Below are positions 19,734 through 30,677 of a stretch of DNA of 64,000 bases, piece by piece. Source of the DNA: Parcubacteria group bacterium (GTDB lineage: Bacteria > Patescibacteriota > Minisyncoccia > Phycocordibacterales > 21-14-all-47-15); NCBI GenBank assembly GCA_016181845.1, contig JACOYO010000001.1, positions 33,133 to 97,132 of the forward strand, read 5' to 3'. The notes beneath the pieces are model-generated. The model saw only the letters and a program-made list of their open reading frames with translations. It was not told where the DNA came from and made no database searches. A program made the translations under genes and the position numbers. The first letter of the stretch is position 1, and every line of letters starts with the position of its first letter.

Positions 19734-20925
19734 TGAGAATAATGTTATCTATTTTTTCTTGCGAAAATAGTGTTGACGAAAGCAACCGCGAATTTTTAGA
19801 TAATTCCCGTCGAAGCTCCGTGTCTCGGAGCCGTACTAGCGCATCTGCAAACTCTTTGGGCGTTCGCGCAAAAAGCACGTGAATATTTTCTTTAAACTGA
19901 TACCCGGCCATTCCTCTTGGAGAAATAACCGCGGGAATACCGCGCGCAAGCGGCTCAAAAATTTTTTGCTGCATGCCGGCGCCCATAAGCGAGGGGATAA
20001 GAGCAATATCCATTGTGTCCAAGAAATCATCTAATTCTTTACCGAGTTTGCGCCCTGCATATATGACGTATTCATTAAAATATCCGTTAAATTCTTGCGG
20101 TACTTTGGTTCCTAAAATATGAAACTTGAAAGATCTGGGATACGTGCGCATGACGCGCGGAGCAATATCTCTTAAAATAGAGCGGAGCGCTTCTTTGTTG
20201 TGGTGCACATTGTATGTTGAACCCATAAAAAAAACATTGAGTGGTTCTTTTTGTGAAAACATATGCCGTTCGCGCAAACACATAGGAAGCCCGCGAAGCG
20301 GCAGTATTTCCACTTTTTTTGCTCCGTATTTTTTATAGACTTTTTCCTCATCCGGCGTAATGGCAAAAAGAAAATCACTCTTTTTTATCGTAATCAGTTC
20401 GCTTATCAATTTCGGCAAAAATTTTAAATAATTGCCAAACGTGCGGCCGTCTTCTTCCAAAAAGTGCGTCGGCTCGACATTGATCGAGCGGGTAATAATC
20501 GGAATATGTCTTTTTTGAAAAATAAAATACAGCGGCCACAGATACGTGTAATCAAACCATACAACATCAGGTTGCCATTCATCGGTAATTTTTTTTACCG
20601 TTTCAATAGTTTCTTTGTGAGCATATTCATACGCGGCTCCATCCCAATAGAGCGGATTAATGAATCTTTTAAGATAGAAGAAAGCACGCTGGGCTCCGTT
20701 CTTCGCCTTTTGAGACTCATACGGAAGAAGCGTAATCGGAATATCATATTGACGCGAAAAATCTTCGATGTTCTTCGTACTCTGAAAATCAAATACTTTG
20801 CCAACAATGTGCATGTCAAAGCCGAGCCGCTTTAATTGCTTGATGCCTTCGAAACGGTCTTTCTCACAGGCGCCAAGTGCTGGCAATGGAAATCGCGGAG
20901 TAATCACTAAAATCCGTTTGCTCAT
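19711..20925 (-). CDS. GT4-like glycosyltransferase
   Basis: GAGMQQKIFEPLARG motif; GT-B length. Confidence 0.8.
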   Translation of the reverse strand: MSKRILVITPRFPLPALGACEKDRFEGIKQLKRLGFDMHIVGKVFDFQSTKNIEDFSRQYDIPITLLPYESQKAKNGAQRAFFYLKRFINPLYWDGAAYEYAHKETIETVKKITDEWQPDVVWFDYTYLWPLYFIFQKRHIPIITRSINVEPTHFLEEDGRTFGNYLKFLPKLISELITIKKSDFLFAITPDEEKVYKKYGAKKVEILPLRGLPMCLRERHMFSQKEPLNVFFMGSTYNVHHNKEALRSILRDIAPRVMRTYPRSFKFHILGTKVPQEFNGYFNEYVIYAGRKLGKELDDFLDTMDIALIPSLMGAGMQQKIFEPLARGIPAVISPRGMAGYQFKENIHVLFARTPKEFADALVRLRDTELRRELSKNSRLLSSTLFSQEKIDNIILNVLNQWI

Positions 20926-21057
20926 AAGGCAATACTATACTATTTAGTACTTCTTTGGAAATAAGGGCACTTTTTGTCTTCGCCTGTATACCGACAGGCA
21001 GGCTCTGACGAAACAAGAATCACGATTCTCATTTCGCTATCAGCTCAGCAGAAATAA

Positions 21058-21086
21058 AACACCCCGCTCAAAACAAGCGGGGTGTT
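21058..21086. terminator. Intrinsic terminator hairpin
   Basis: AACACCCCGCT...AGCGGGGTGTT just downstream of the epimerase gene. Confidence 0.75.
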
Positions 21087-21104
21087 AAACAACAAGATAA
21101 AAAA

Positions 21105-22160
21105 TCACATATTATTTCGAAGCAAGTCAAGATTATCTTTCGTCCAGTGTATCATTTTGTCGATACCATCTCCCATGTCTGTTTCCGGAAACCAACCTAG
21201 ATCATTCCGCGCTTTGCCGATGCAAGAAATATAAATTTTCTGATCTCCTGGCCGCCAATCAGAAAACGAGTAGTCGATTGTTTTGCCCAATTTTTTACCA
21301 AGCAAGCGGATAAAATCAACGACTGAAGTGATATTTCCTGGACCGCCGCCAATATTATAAATCTGCCCGGCAGTTTTTCCAATGTGCTCAATCGCCTGGT
21401 AAAAAGCACGGCACAAATCACTCATAAAAAGAATATCACGTACTTGTTTGCCATTGCCATAGATGGTAATCGGCATATCAAGCATGGCACGGGCAGTCAG
21501 ATACGCAACCCATCCTTGGTCGACAATTCCAAACTGCCGTTCACCGTATATACACGATTGACGAAACACAACGGTACGTAAGCCGTATATGCGATGATAA
21601 TCCCGCACATACTGGTCTGCGGCGCCTTTTGAACAACCATATGGTGAATGAAAATCAAGCGGATATGTTTCAGGGATCCCCAGCTTCAATTCTCCATCAT
21701 AAAAAGCGTATCTGTTGTCGTATTCATCTATGATTTCTTGCTCCATGCCGCCATACACTTTGTTCGTTGACGTGAAAATAAAGATTGGGTTTTTACAAGA
21801 TAATCTAGCCGCTTCAAGCACATTGAGAGTACCGAGCGCATTGACTTTAAAGTCGTGCATCGGGCTGGAAACAGAGCTTGTCACCGCCACTTGCGCAGCC
21901 GCATGCAATATCACATCAGGTTGTGTATCTTGCATCAATTTATTCAGAAAATATCCGCCTTTATCAACTATGTCTAACATCACGCAACGCAACGGATAAT
22001 CCTTTGGAGGACACTCGCTCAGTAACCACATCAAATTGACATCTGATCCTTTGCGCGACAAGTCATCAACTATTATCACGCGCCATCCTTTTTCCAAAAA
22101 ATATTTTGCGGCATTGACACCGATGAACCCGGCACCGCCGGTTATCAAGATAGTTTTCAA
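21105..22160 (-). CDS. NAD-dependent epimerase, CDP-paratose 2-epimerase (RfbE)-like
   Basis: GGAGFIG, STNKVYG, SPYGCSKGAADQY and DQGWVA motifs; TTG start after GAAAGGAG. Confidence 0.85.
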   Translation of the reverse strand: MKTILITGGAGFIGVNAAKYFLEKGWRVIIVDDLSRKGSDVNLMWLLSECPPKDYPLRCVMLDIVDKGGYFLNKLMQDTQPDVILHAAAQVAVTSSVSSPMHDFKVNALGTLNVLEAARLSCKNPIFIFTSTNKVYGGMEQEIIDEYDNRYAFYDGELKLGIPETYPLDFHSPYGCSKGAADQYVRDYHRIYGLRTVVFRQSCIYGERQFGIVDQGWVAYLTARAMLDMPITIYGNGKQVRDILFMSDLCRAFYQAIEHIGKTAGQIYNIGGGPGNITSVVDFIRLLGKKLGKTIDYSFSDWRPGDQKIYISCIGKARNDLGWFPETDMGDGIDKMIHWTKDNLDLLRNNM

Positions 22161-22283
22161 GATCTCTCCTTTCAAAAATTATACTTCGCGTAATCTGCTT
22201 TTTCTCTCACTCATTTGATTATAAAAGATCTCTTTGCCATCAAAGATAGTCTATTTACTTCAATTGTGCAACAGGCGGTGCAA

Positions 22284-22976
22284 TTATTTAAACACATTAA
22301 ACCGCACGATGTGCCACATGGCGGCCAGCCCGTCTTTCCAGTTTATTTTTTTACCTTCTTCGTAGGTGCGTCCGTAGTAAGAAATGCCGATTTCATACAC
22401 TCGCCATTTCCCTTTCGCAACATACGCCGTCAATTCCGGCTCAATACCAAATTTTTTTGACACTAATTTATTTTTAAAACTGTCTGCCACTTCGCGGCGA
22501 AATGCTTTGTAGCACGTTTCCATGTCGGAAAGATTGAGCCCTGTGAAAATATTTGAGAGCGCGGTCAAAAACTTATTCGCCATGTAATGCCAGATATAAA
22601 GCACCCGATGCGGTTCGCTTCCGATAAAACGCGAACCATATACCACGTCGGCATGCCCCGACAACATAGGCGCGAGCAATCTGTCGTATTCAGACGGGTC
22701 GTATTCCAAATCGGCGTCTTGGATAAGCAGTATATCGCCGGTCGCATTCTGAAAACCGGTTTTTATTGCCCCTCCCTTGCCTTGATTTTTCTCATGAAAA
22801 ATATAGCGTATCCCTTTTATGTTTTTCAGAATATCGCGCGTGCCGTCAGTTGAGCCGTCATCAATAACCAAAATCTCTTTTTCTACCTGCGGCAAAGATA
22901 CCGCTTGCACCTGCGAAATAAGCTCTTTGATTGTCAGCTTTTCGTTGTAGGCCGGAATGATAATAGATAGTTTCAT
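22284..22976 (-). CDS. GT2 DPM-synthase-like glycosyltransferase
   Basis: IDDGSTDGT, QDADLEYDP and DMETCYK motifs. Confidence 0.92.
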   Translation of the reverse strand: MKLSIIIPAYNEKLTIKELISQVQAVSLPQVEKEILVIDDGSTDGTRDILKNIKGIRYIFHEKNQGKGGAIKTGFQNATGDILLIQDADLEYDPSEYDRLLAPMLSGHADVVYGSRFIGSEPHRVLYIWHYMANKFLTALSNIFTGLNLSDMETCYKAFRREVADSFKNKLVSKKFGIEPELTAYVAKGKWRVYEIGISYYGRTYEEGKKINWKDGLAAMWHIVRFNVFK

Positions 22977-22991
22977 AAATAAGTAATGACG

Positions 22992-23126
22992 AATTATGAA
23001 ATAGTATTTTTAGCAGAGCCTTGCGGACCCCGACAGTTATCGTCGTGGGAGCAGAGCATCCGCCCTGGGCGGAAGCATCCGCCCTGGGCGGAATGCGTGC
23101 TGTGCGAGAAATACTATTTCGTAATT
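22992..23126. repeat. Structured repeat family A, divergent copy with a duplicated hairpin
   Basis: IR AATTATGAAATAGTATTT/AAATACTATTTCGTAATT; core TTGCGGA...GAGCAGAGC; tandem ATCCGCCCTGGGCGGA x2. Confidence 0.75.
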
Positions 23127-23141
23127 TATAGTAATAAAATA

Positions 23142-24464
23142 TTAACTAAACAAATGTCCTATTCGTTCCCGAATCCTATCAAGATTTCTTAGCGCGTCAA
23201 ATAAGGTATTGCTGAAAAGAAGCAGTGTAACAAGAGCCAAGACTTTCAATTCCCTGCGACCGCGCCATAAATCAAACAACCCATAACTGGCAAATATCGC
23301 AAAAAACGGATACACAAGAAATCGATACCTCGTTTCCACAATGATACCAATAATAGCGATGGGCATCATCACAAGCATCCAGAGTAACATTTTTGCGCGT
23401 TCTTTTTCATCCGCGGAAAGCTCTTTCATACGATAGATGCCCCAAAAACCGAAAATAAAAAGAATGGCGGAGTAAACCGCAGACAATGTAAGTGTTAAGG
23501 CCTTGCTCATTCCTTCCAGATGAAACCAAAATCCGGTCGGGCGAGCGAAACTAAAATAAATGGAAATTCGCTTAAAAGTAATTTCCAAAAATTCTATCGG
23601 ACGAGAGAAAATAAAGCCAAGCGATTCTTTGAGCGCGAGCTTATTCCCTTCTATCCTTCCCTCTTTCATAAATATTTCATTACCCTCGTACGGCTCAAGT
23701 TCGCCAGAGGCACCAGGATGATTTCCGGCAAGCAAATCATACCCAAACGCAAGGTTGGTCGGGATAAAGGTGTGATACATGCGATAATTGCGGACCGTCC
23801 ACGGAGTAAAGACAAGCGTAAGTACGATAAGAAACACGCCTAGTTCTTTCCAAAATTTTTGCCAGATAAAATAGCCCGCCAGCGGAAAGATTAAAAAAAG
23901 CGCCGGAGTGCGCACCAAGACCGCAAAACCAAATACCACGGCCAACAACATCAACAACCATATTGATGCATTGGCATTTCTTTCGATATATCGAAAGAAA
24001 ATATATACGCTTAAAATAATAAAAAATATCCCGAGTGTCTCTGTCATGAGCATGCCGTTTATCGTAATTAAATCGGGAGAAAAGCCGATAAGCCCAGCGG
24101 CAACGAGCCCGATTGGCAAGCTCCAATGTTCTTTGAATATTTGTTTGCTGATAAGAAAAATAAAAAACGCAGAAAATGCCGACAAAAGCGCATTAATAAT
24201 CCACACGACTTGATAGTGATGCCCGAACAAATAATAAACGCCAGCCAAAAAAAATTCATAACCGGGTCCGACGCGCAAAATGGCCAAATCTTCATCGTAT
24301 GAAAGATCCGCCTGCTCTTTATATCCGTTCCCCTGCACAAGATTCCATGCAATGTTGTCATATGCTCGCGCGTCAACCGCAGGTGCAATGTAAAAATAAA
24401 GAGAGTACGCATAGGCAACCAGAAAAATACCGAGAACGAGAAGGCCGATTATTTTTTTCTCCAT
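23142..24464 (-). CDS. ArnT/PMT-like GT-C membrane glycosyltransferase
   Basis: DARAY loop, PGY, TETL, LVRT, PWTVRNY and RYR motifs; many TM helices. Confidence 0.75.
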   Translation of the reverse strand: MEKKIIGLLVLGIFLVAYAYSLYFYIAPAVDARAYDNIAWNLVQGNGYKEQADLSYDEDLAILRVGPGYEFFLAGVYYLFGHHYQVVWIINALLSAFSAFFIFLISKQIFKEHWSLPIGLVAAGLIGFSPDLITINGMLMTETLGIFFIILSVYIFFRYIERNANASIWLLMLLAVVFGFAVLVRTPALFLIFPLAGYFIWQKFWKELGVFLIVLTLVFTPWTVRNYRMYHTFIPTNLAFGYDLLAGNHPGASGELEPYEGNEIFMKEGRIEGNKLALKESLGFIFSRPIEFLEITFKRISIYFSFARPTGFWFHLEGMSKALTLTLSAVYSAILFIFGFWGIYRMKELSADEKERAKMLLWMLVMMPIAIIGIIVETRYRFLVYPFFAIFASYGLFDLWRGRRELKVLALVTLLLFSNTLFDALRNLDRIRERIGHLFS

Positions 24465-24586
24465 ATCGTCTTGATACAAACGAGAGAACATATTCTGCAA
24501 GGACATACGCCAATCTTACCGATATCTCAAAAAAACAGCAAGAAAAAAGCGTTCTGCTTTGTTGCAGAACGCTTTAAAAATAAACC

Positions 24587-25528
24587 TCATCCTTTATTAT
24601 GTTCTCTTGCCCAATCAATATACCGAGCAATCCCATCAAAAAGATTCATACGCGGAGAAAATCCGAAACTTTTTGCCAGAGATATGTCCGCAGGGAAACG
24701 CGACACTTCGCCCGGACGCGGCTCACCGCGCACAATATCTACTTTCAACACATGCGCAATATATGCGGCAATGTCACAAACTCTAGTTTCACAGCCACTT
24801 GCAAGGTTGATTGCCTCTCCCCGTAGCGCTTCAGTATCGTTTTCTAAAATCAAATTATATCCATCAACAATATCGCTGACATGCGAATAATCGCGCGTTG
24901 CCGTCCCGTCTCCAAAAACAGTCAGGTCTTGCCCGATGAGCGCCCGAGACACAAGAATGGGTATCAGCGCCCCAAACGTACCGCTTTTTTGGCGTTCGCC
25001 ATACACATTAAACGGTCTGACAATTGTCACGTTTACACCGTATGTTTTGAAGTATGCATGACACATCCTATCGGCCGCCGCTTTTGACGCGGCATAGGGG
25101 CTATTCGGGCGAAGTTCTGCATTCTCTCGCAAACCTTCTCTTTCAGACAATACATGCCCGTCTCCATACACTTCACAAGTAGAGGCATAAATGAGCCGAG
25201 CCTGTTCTTTCCGCACTGCCTCCAAAATATACATCGTGCCTAACACATTCGCGTGGTAAAACGAAAACGGATCTTTCCTAGACTCGTCCACGTTAACGCG
25301 CGCCGCCAGATGAAAAACCACTTCATGCCCGCGAATGCTTTTTTCTATCAACTCTTTATCCGTGACGCTTCCCCATATCAGATTTATGCTAGACAACACA
25401 CGAGCAAGATTATTTTTTGCCTGTTCCGAATAGGTATTCAGAACAGAAACGTGATGTCCTTTTGCAAGCAACAATTCCACCAAATGACTACCCTGGAACC
25501 CGCCACCGCCGGTAACTAAAATTTTCAT
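24587..25528 (-). CDS. NAD-dependent sugar epimerase/dehydratase
   Basis: GGGGFQG, STCEVYG, YAASK and RPFNVYG motifs. Confidence 0.9.
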   Translation of the reverse strand: MKILVTGGGGFQGSHLVELLLAKGHHVSVLNTYSEQAKNNLARVLSSINLIWGSVTDKELIEKSIRGHEVVFHLAARVNVDESRKDPFSFYHANVLGTMYILEAVRKEQARLIYASTCEVYGDGHVLSEREGLRENAELRPNSPYAASKAAADRMCHAYFKTYGVNVTIVRPFNVYGERQKSGTFGALIPILVSRALIGQDLTVFGDGTATRDYSHVSDIVDGYNLILENDTEALRGEAINLASGCETRVCDIAAYIAHVLKVDIVRGEPRPGEVSRFPADISLAKSFGFSPRMNLFDGIARYIDWAREHNKG

Positions 25529-25650
25529 TTGCTTATCCTTATGAGGGTTTTGTTAATTTCTAAAAGAACCGATTCGCCACGAATAGTAACACGCAAGACG
25601 TAAGGAGGTCAATTTCTTGATTTATTCCGACGGAACAATATGATATATGT

Positions 25651-26289
25651 ATGTCATTTATCAAAACATTCGCGAAACTCCCCATTGATTTAGGTCAGGG
25701 ACAATTCCGCCACACCACAAAAGCAAAGCTCATCGCTTTTGACAGCGTCCCCAAAAATACAGCAGATCATACGGCACTTGATGTCGGATGCGGTGACGGA
25801 TATTGGTCTGAAAAATTAAAAAGTATCGGATATCGAACAACTTCGGTCGACATGAACAGACCATACCCGAATATAGACTGGGAAACCCCATACAAAGATA
25901 CTATTTTTACAGACCTCAATAAGAAACTGCCGTTTCAAGACGCTTCTTTTGATTTGGTTTGGTGTTCGGAAGTCATTGAACACCTGGAAAATCCTCAAGC
26001 GATAATAAAAGAAATCGAGCGCGTGATAAAACCCGGGGGAAAATATATTCTTACTACGCCAAACTCATTTTTTTGGCTTCATTATTTTTTGAAACTGTTC
26101 GGGTTCTCCCATAAAGATTGGCAAAATGAGGGACATAAATATTTCTTTCATATAGATGATATACAAAGTCTTTTCCCAAAGGCCAGTATTTACGGTTATT
26201 TCCCTTATCTAATATTAAAATTCAAAATTAAACACTTGATAGGCCTCCTCTCTCCAAACTTTGTTATCGTTGTGGAAAAAGCAAAATGA
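25651..26289 (+). CDS. Class I SAM-dependent methyltransferase
   Basis: LDVGCGDG, EVIEHL and LTTPN motifs. Confidence 0.88.
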   Translation: MSFIKTFAKLPIDLGQGQFRHTTKAKLIAFDSVPKNTADHTALDVGCGDGYWSEKLKSIGYRTTSVDMNRPYPNIDWETPYKDTIFTDLNKKLPFQDASFDLVWCSEVIEHLENPQAIIKEIERVIKPGGKYILTTPNSFFWLHYFLKLFGFSHKDWQNEGHKYFFHIDDIQSLFPKASIYGYFPYLILKFKIKHLIGLLSPNFVIVVEKAK

Positions 26290-27770
26290 TTGAACGATTC
26301 AATACCATATTTGAAAAAGCAACCGGACAATACCTGCTTCAACTTACGTCAGGCAAAGCGGGCCTCTGGATTTCCGTATTGTTCATTTTTGTATTTATAA
26401 ATATTTTTTCCCTCTCGACACTTACGACAAAACCGGCGCTTTGGTATGACGAGGGAATAAATATAGAATTGGCGCGAAATTTTTCCGAATTTGGGAAACT
26501 TGATTTGATGGTTCGGCCGATGCAATTCTCCGGACAAGGCGCGCTTATCGGCTCAACTGGATACACAACCACGATTCCTCTTGCGGCATTTTTTAAACTG
26601 TTTGGCTTTGGACTGTCGCAGGCGAGAGTGTACATGCTCCTCTGGATGAACATCATGCTTTTCTGCTTATTTTATTTCGCGAGAAAAAAATGGGGCGTGA
26701 GTGTCGCTCTCGCCACATTATTTCTAGTCGCCACTTTCGCTCCTTTTTTTGGAAATGGCCGCAGTGTTATGGGAGAAATCCCCGGTTTTACGTTTTTGCT
26801 GCTTTCTCTTATTTGGTATACAGAAAAAAACAATCTATTTGGTGCGGGCTTTTTTCTTGGCTTGGCTGTGATAAGCAAGCCGTCCGTGTATGTTTTCTTT
26901 ATCCCAGCTTTTGTCATCTTGTTATTATTTGAAAAAAAAGATTTCTTTGCGCGCATTATTCGATCGGGTGCTGGCGCGGTATTGCCGCTTCTCATTTGGG
27001 CAGGCATATATCCCGACACTGCATTCTCCCCATCAACATGGAAAAGTTTGAGCGATCATGCGAGCAACCCATACGAGCAGGCGCAGGTCACTTCTTTAAT
27101 AAACATAAAAAATAATTTGGCGGCATTTTTTGAATCGCCAACCTTACTTTATTTCTTGCTGTTTGCAATCATAATCATAAGCGCCCTATACATAAAAAGA
27201 GATTTTTATGAACAGAACAAACAGATTATCATACTCACCGCCTCATACGGAATATTGGAATTTTTTTACTATTTAAAAAGCCTGGGCTATCTTCGGTATC
27301 TTATCGCCCTGCAATTCTTAATCTTCATACTCCTTGTCCCCGCTCTAGAGACGCTCGCGAGACGCTTCGCTCCTCCGCCATACGGCAGTATTGCCATACG
27401 CGCGTGCATAGCGATACTCGTATTGTTCCAAGCCGCGTATCTTTTTTCGGGGGCAAAACTTTTTTATTCGGACAGTTCACAAAAAACATTTCAATATCTG
27501 GAAAACAATTTTGAGGGGCAAATAATCGGTATCGTCAACCTGCCAACAATAGCAAGCCTTATTCCCTCAACCCAAAGAATGCAGACTATTTCTACATATG
27601 GGCTTGACAATGTGGGGGAACATCCTTTATCGCTTGTGGCGGAGGCCTTGCCGCCAGTTATTGTTTTTGAAAATAATCATGTCTTTGAACCCCAATACGC
27701 CGAGGTGTTAAAACAACATTATTTGCCGGAGAAAACAATCGGAAATATTTTGATATATCGAAAATATTAA
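26286..27770 (+). CDS. ArnT-like GT-C membrane glycosyltransferase
   Basis: WYDEG first-loop motif; multiple TM helices; ATGA overlap with the upstream gene. Confidence 0.78.
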   Translation: MIERFNTIFEKATGQYLLQLTSGKAGLWISVLFIFVFINIFSLSTLTTKPALWYDEGINIELARNFSEFGKLDLMVRPMQFSGQGALIGSTGYTTTIPLAAFFKLFGFGLSQARVYMLLWMNIMLFCLFYFARKKWGVSVALATLFLVATFAPFFGNGRSVMGEIPGFTFLLLSLIWYTEKNNLFGAGFFLGLAVISKPSVYVFFIPAFVILLLFEKKDFFARIIRSGAGAVLPLLIWAGIYPDTAFSPSTWKSLSDHASNPYEQAQVTSLINIKNNLAAFFESPTLLYFLLFAIIIISALYIKRDFYEQNKQIIILTASYGILEFFYYLKSLGYLRYLIALQFLIFILLVPALETLARRFAPPPYGSIAIRACIAILVLFQAAYLFSGAKLFYSDSSQKTFQYLENNFEGQIIGIVNLPTIASLIPSTQRMQTISTYGLDNVGEHPLSLVAEALPPVIVFENNHVFEPQYAEVLKQHYLPEKTIGNILIYRKY

Positions 27771-28483
27771 AAGTAAATATCAAAAAAAATCACGACGAAG
27801 TCTTTTATAATCCTCGGGATGTGCCCGAAGATACCGTAGACACTTTTTCTTTTCTCTTCACAAGTAACCGGAATTTCTTTTATTTTTAGGCCGGCACGAT
27901 TCGCGCGAATCAAAAATTCAGTATCAAGCAAATCGCGATGAGTCTTGCATTGGCTGAACACGGGGGCCGCTTTCTCTCGGTTAAAAATCTTGATGCCGTG
28001 GGTATCAGTCCCCGGATACCGAAAAAGCGCCCGCAACGCGAAATTAAATATTCGGTTGAGCATCCTTCTTGAAAGCGGCCTTAGGTCATGGGCTCCCGGC
28101 ATAGATTTAGAGCAAACGACAATATCGCTCTGCTCCTTTTCAAAAGAAACAAGCGCTTTTTTTACTGCATCCATGTCCCAAAAATCAATATTGAACACGG
28201 CAATATATGCGCCACTGCTTTTCAAAACACCTTGTTTAAGGGCGTTCCCGTATCCGGCAACCGGCAGAGATATGAGGCGTATTTGCGAATATAGAGAGGC
28301 AAGTTCTTTTGCAATCAATACCGTATTGTCAGTGCTGCCGTTTTCCACTAAAATAATTTCGTAGTCAGCACGGTACAAAAAAGTCTCCACCGCCACGATA
28401 ATCTTTTCAATTTCGGTTTTTAAAATTTCTTGCTCGTTATAAACGGGAATAACGATGGATAATTTCTTAGTGTCATGTTTCAT
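27767..28483 (-). CDS. GT2 glycosyltransferase
   Basis: SIVIPVYNE, VENGSTDNT and DTHGIK motifs. Confidence 0.85.
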   Translation of the reverse strand: MKHDTKKLSIVIPVYNEQEILKTEIEKIIVAVETFLYRADYEIILVENGSTDNTVLIAKELASLYSQIRLISLPVAGYGNALKQGVLKSSGAYIAVFNIDFWDMDAVKKALVSFEKEQSDIVVCSKSMPGAHDLRPLSRRMLNRIFNFALRALFRYPGTDTHGIKIFNREKAAPVFSQCKTHRDLLDTEFLIRANRAGLKIKEIPVTCEEKRKSVYGIFGHIPRIIKDFVVIFFDIYF

Positions 28484-28511
28484 GTCTTTTTAATATTTGC
28501 TTATCATAGCG

Positions 28512-29561
28512 TCATTTTTCTCTATTGAGAAGGTCGGTCATTTTTTTTATGACAGAGACGCCGCTGTGGTTTTGTATCACCAGAGACTGAAGCTCGCGGA
28601 GTTCATATTTTGAGGCCGTCTTGATTTCTAATATTTTTTGGACAATATAATCTGCGTTGGTATTCCGCAAAAGATGTTTTTCTGGCAACATTGCAAAAAA
28701 AGCTTCGTTTGAAGTGAGCACGTTAACCCCTGACGCCATCGCTTCAAGGACCGCCTTATCAAGACTTCCGGTTTCGCTCAAATTGATAAAGAGATCGCTT
28801 TTTTGATAAAAGGAGTGGATATCGGAATACGAAACCGCGCCAACAAAAAACACGCTGTCATCTATCCCCTTCGCTTGTATCTCTTTTTTTAATCGAATGA
28901 AATAGTCATAATCCGCATTTGTAATCGGCGCCCCGACAATTTTCATTTCAAAAGAAACGCCTTCTTTTTTCAAAAGTTCTGCCGCTTCAAGCATCATGTG
29001 AATATTTTTTGCCGGCGTAATTCTACTGACAGAAAGAATATTCAATTTTTCGTGCGGCCACTTGTCCACCGGATGAAAACGCTCCGTATCAATCCCATGT
29101 CCTACTACATGCACCTTGTCGCTTTTCAAACGAAAACTTTCTTTTGAGGCGGTAAAGATAATATCGGATAATTTTTCCGCGACGCGCAATTTCATATCAA
29201 CCTGTTTGTGCGTATACCATAGCGCAATTTTTTTAGACAAAAGTTTCCAAAACACACCTCCGAGCAAAATATATATCGGATTCATGTGCACGAAGACCGT
29301 ATCGTAATTTTTTTTCTCATTCCAGATATATCTATAAAACCTTGCGATATATCGAAAGGTTTTTATTACAGTGGCACCAGCAAATTCTTCTTTGCCGAGC
29401 GATAATACGGAAACATTCTGCGGCAAATGGTATTTGCCTTTTTGCAAACAAATAACCGTAACTTTTTCAGCATGCTTGGCAAATTCTTCAATCCACCGGA
29501 CAAAAAAACCGAGGTTGTCGTCCTGTTCGTCCACTTTTTGAGTTATGATAAGCAGTCGCAT
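28512..29561 (-). CDS. GT4 glycosyltransferase
   Basis: SRITPAKN and SLDKAVLEAMASG motifs. Confidence 0.9.
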   Translation of the reverse strand: MRLLIITQKVDEQDDNLGFFVRWIEEFAKHAEKVTVICLQKGKYHLPQNVSVLSLGKEEFAGATVIKTFRYIARFYRYIWNEKKNYDTVFVHMNPIYILLGGVFWKLLSKKIALWYTHKQVDMKLRVAEKLSDIIFTASKESFRLKSDKVHVVGHGIDTERFHPVDKWPHEKLNILSVSRITPAKNIHMMLEAAELLKKEGVSFEMKIVGAPITNADYDYFIRLKKEIQAKGIDDSVFFVGAVSYSDIHSFYQKSDLFINLSETGSLDKAVLEAMASGVNVLTSNEAFFAMLPEKHLLRNTNADYIVQKILEIKTASKYELRELQSLVIQNHSGVSVIKKMTDLLNREK

Positions 29562-29567
29562 AAAAAA

Positions 29568-30677
29568 TTACAAATAAATAGCGCATGACTCCCACTGTTT
29601 TTTATATACCCGAAGATACTCTTCTTTTGAAATTTCATTTGATGCGCGTGTGAATCGCCCGCCGCTTGAAAGAGCCGCTGACAACGAGTCCGCGAGGCAG
29701 ATGGAATTGCCGACAGAGCATATAAAAACACCATCTCCTGAAACGACATCTCCCGCAATCCCCACATCAGTGGTTACTATGGGCAACCCTGCCCTATACG
29801 CCTCCACAAGCGAGAGCCCGTATCCTTCATAAAATGATGTGTGAAGATACACGTCGGCGGCGGCATAATAAGATGCAATTTCTTTTTGAGAGCCGACAAA
29901 TATAGCGCTGTCTTCCAATTTGAGATTTGAGATTTGGGACTTGAGATTTTTTCTCTCGCTTCCGTCACCAACAACAAGAAGCCCAGCTTTGGGATATGTT
30001 TTAATAATTTTTTCAAACACCTCAATCGCACGGGCAACATTTTTTTCCGGCTCAAGTCGCGAGACAACAAGAACGATTTTTTCAAACTGTGGAAACTCTG
30101 CGCGGACACGGCTGCCGTCCGCATTTTTGAATTTTTGAACATCGGTGAAAATCGGCAGTACGGCAATCGGCGCATTGGTGAATCCACTGATAGATTTTTT
30201 AATTCGCTCCGACACCACGCGGACACAATCGGCTTTGGGCAATAAAAATTTCGCAACCATCACCCGAATTTTATTTTTGATATTTTCCGCGGCAAAATAG
30301 TGGCTCATGAAATCGGTATGTACCTGCAGCTCAAGCCGCGCGCCAAGAGCGCGCGAGACGCGCCATCCGGCAAAACCGGTTTCAAACGGGTTTTGGCAAG
30401 TAACCAGGAAATCATGAGTCATGAATAATGAATCATGATTGATGCGCTTCGCGATTTTGTATGCGTCAAAAATATACAGCCAGCGGCTCAAAGAATTTGT
30501 GGAATAAATGAAAACATTGTCTGAAATCTTGATTCTTGATTCTTGATTCTTGATTCTTGCGCGGAAAATTATAATATGCAATTCTTCACACAATCTTCCA
30601 TACTCAATCATCCTCGCGCGCACCGCCGAGTCTTTTTCAAAAATTTTTGAATCAGTTGATAGCATTAGTACTCTCAT
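29568..30677 (-). CDS. GT4 glycosyltransferase containing three in-frame heptamer arrays
   Basis: SRLEPEKN and EGYGLSLVEA motifs. Confidence 0.9.
   Translation of the reverse strand: MRVLMLSTDSKIFEKDSAVRARMIEYGRLCEELHIIIFRARIKNQESRIKISDNVFIYSTNSLSRWLYIFDAYKIAKRINHDSLFMTHDFLVTCQNPFETGFAGWRVSRALGARLELQVHTDFMSHYFAAENIKNKIRVMVAKFLLPKADCVRVVSERIKKSISGFTNAPIAVLPIFTDVQKFKNADGSRVRAEFPQFEKIVLVVSRLEPEKNVARAIEVFEKIIKTYPKAGLLVVGDGSERKNLKSQISNLKLEDSAIFVGSQKEIASYYAAADVYLHTSFYEGYGLSLVEAYRAGLPIVTTDVGIAGDVVSGDGVFICSVGNSICLADSLSAALSSGGRFTRASNEISKEEYLRVYKKQWESCAIYL

Noticed and set aside
20982-21003. Short GCCTGT..ACAGGCAGGC palindrome
   Set aside because: It is a single degenerate copy in this window, too weak to call.
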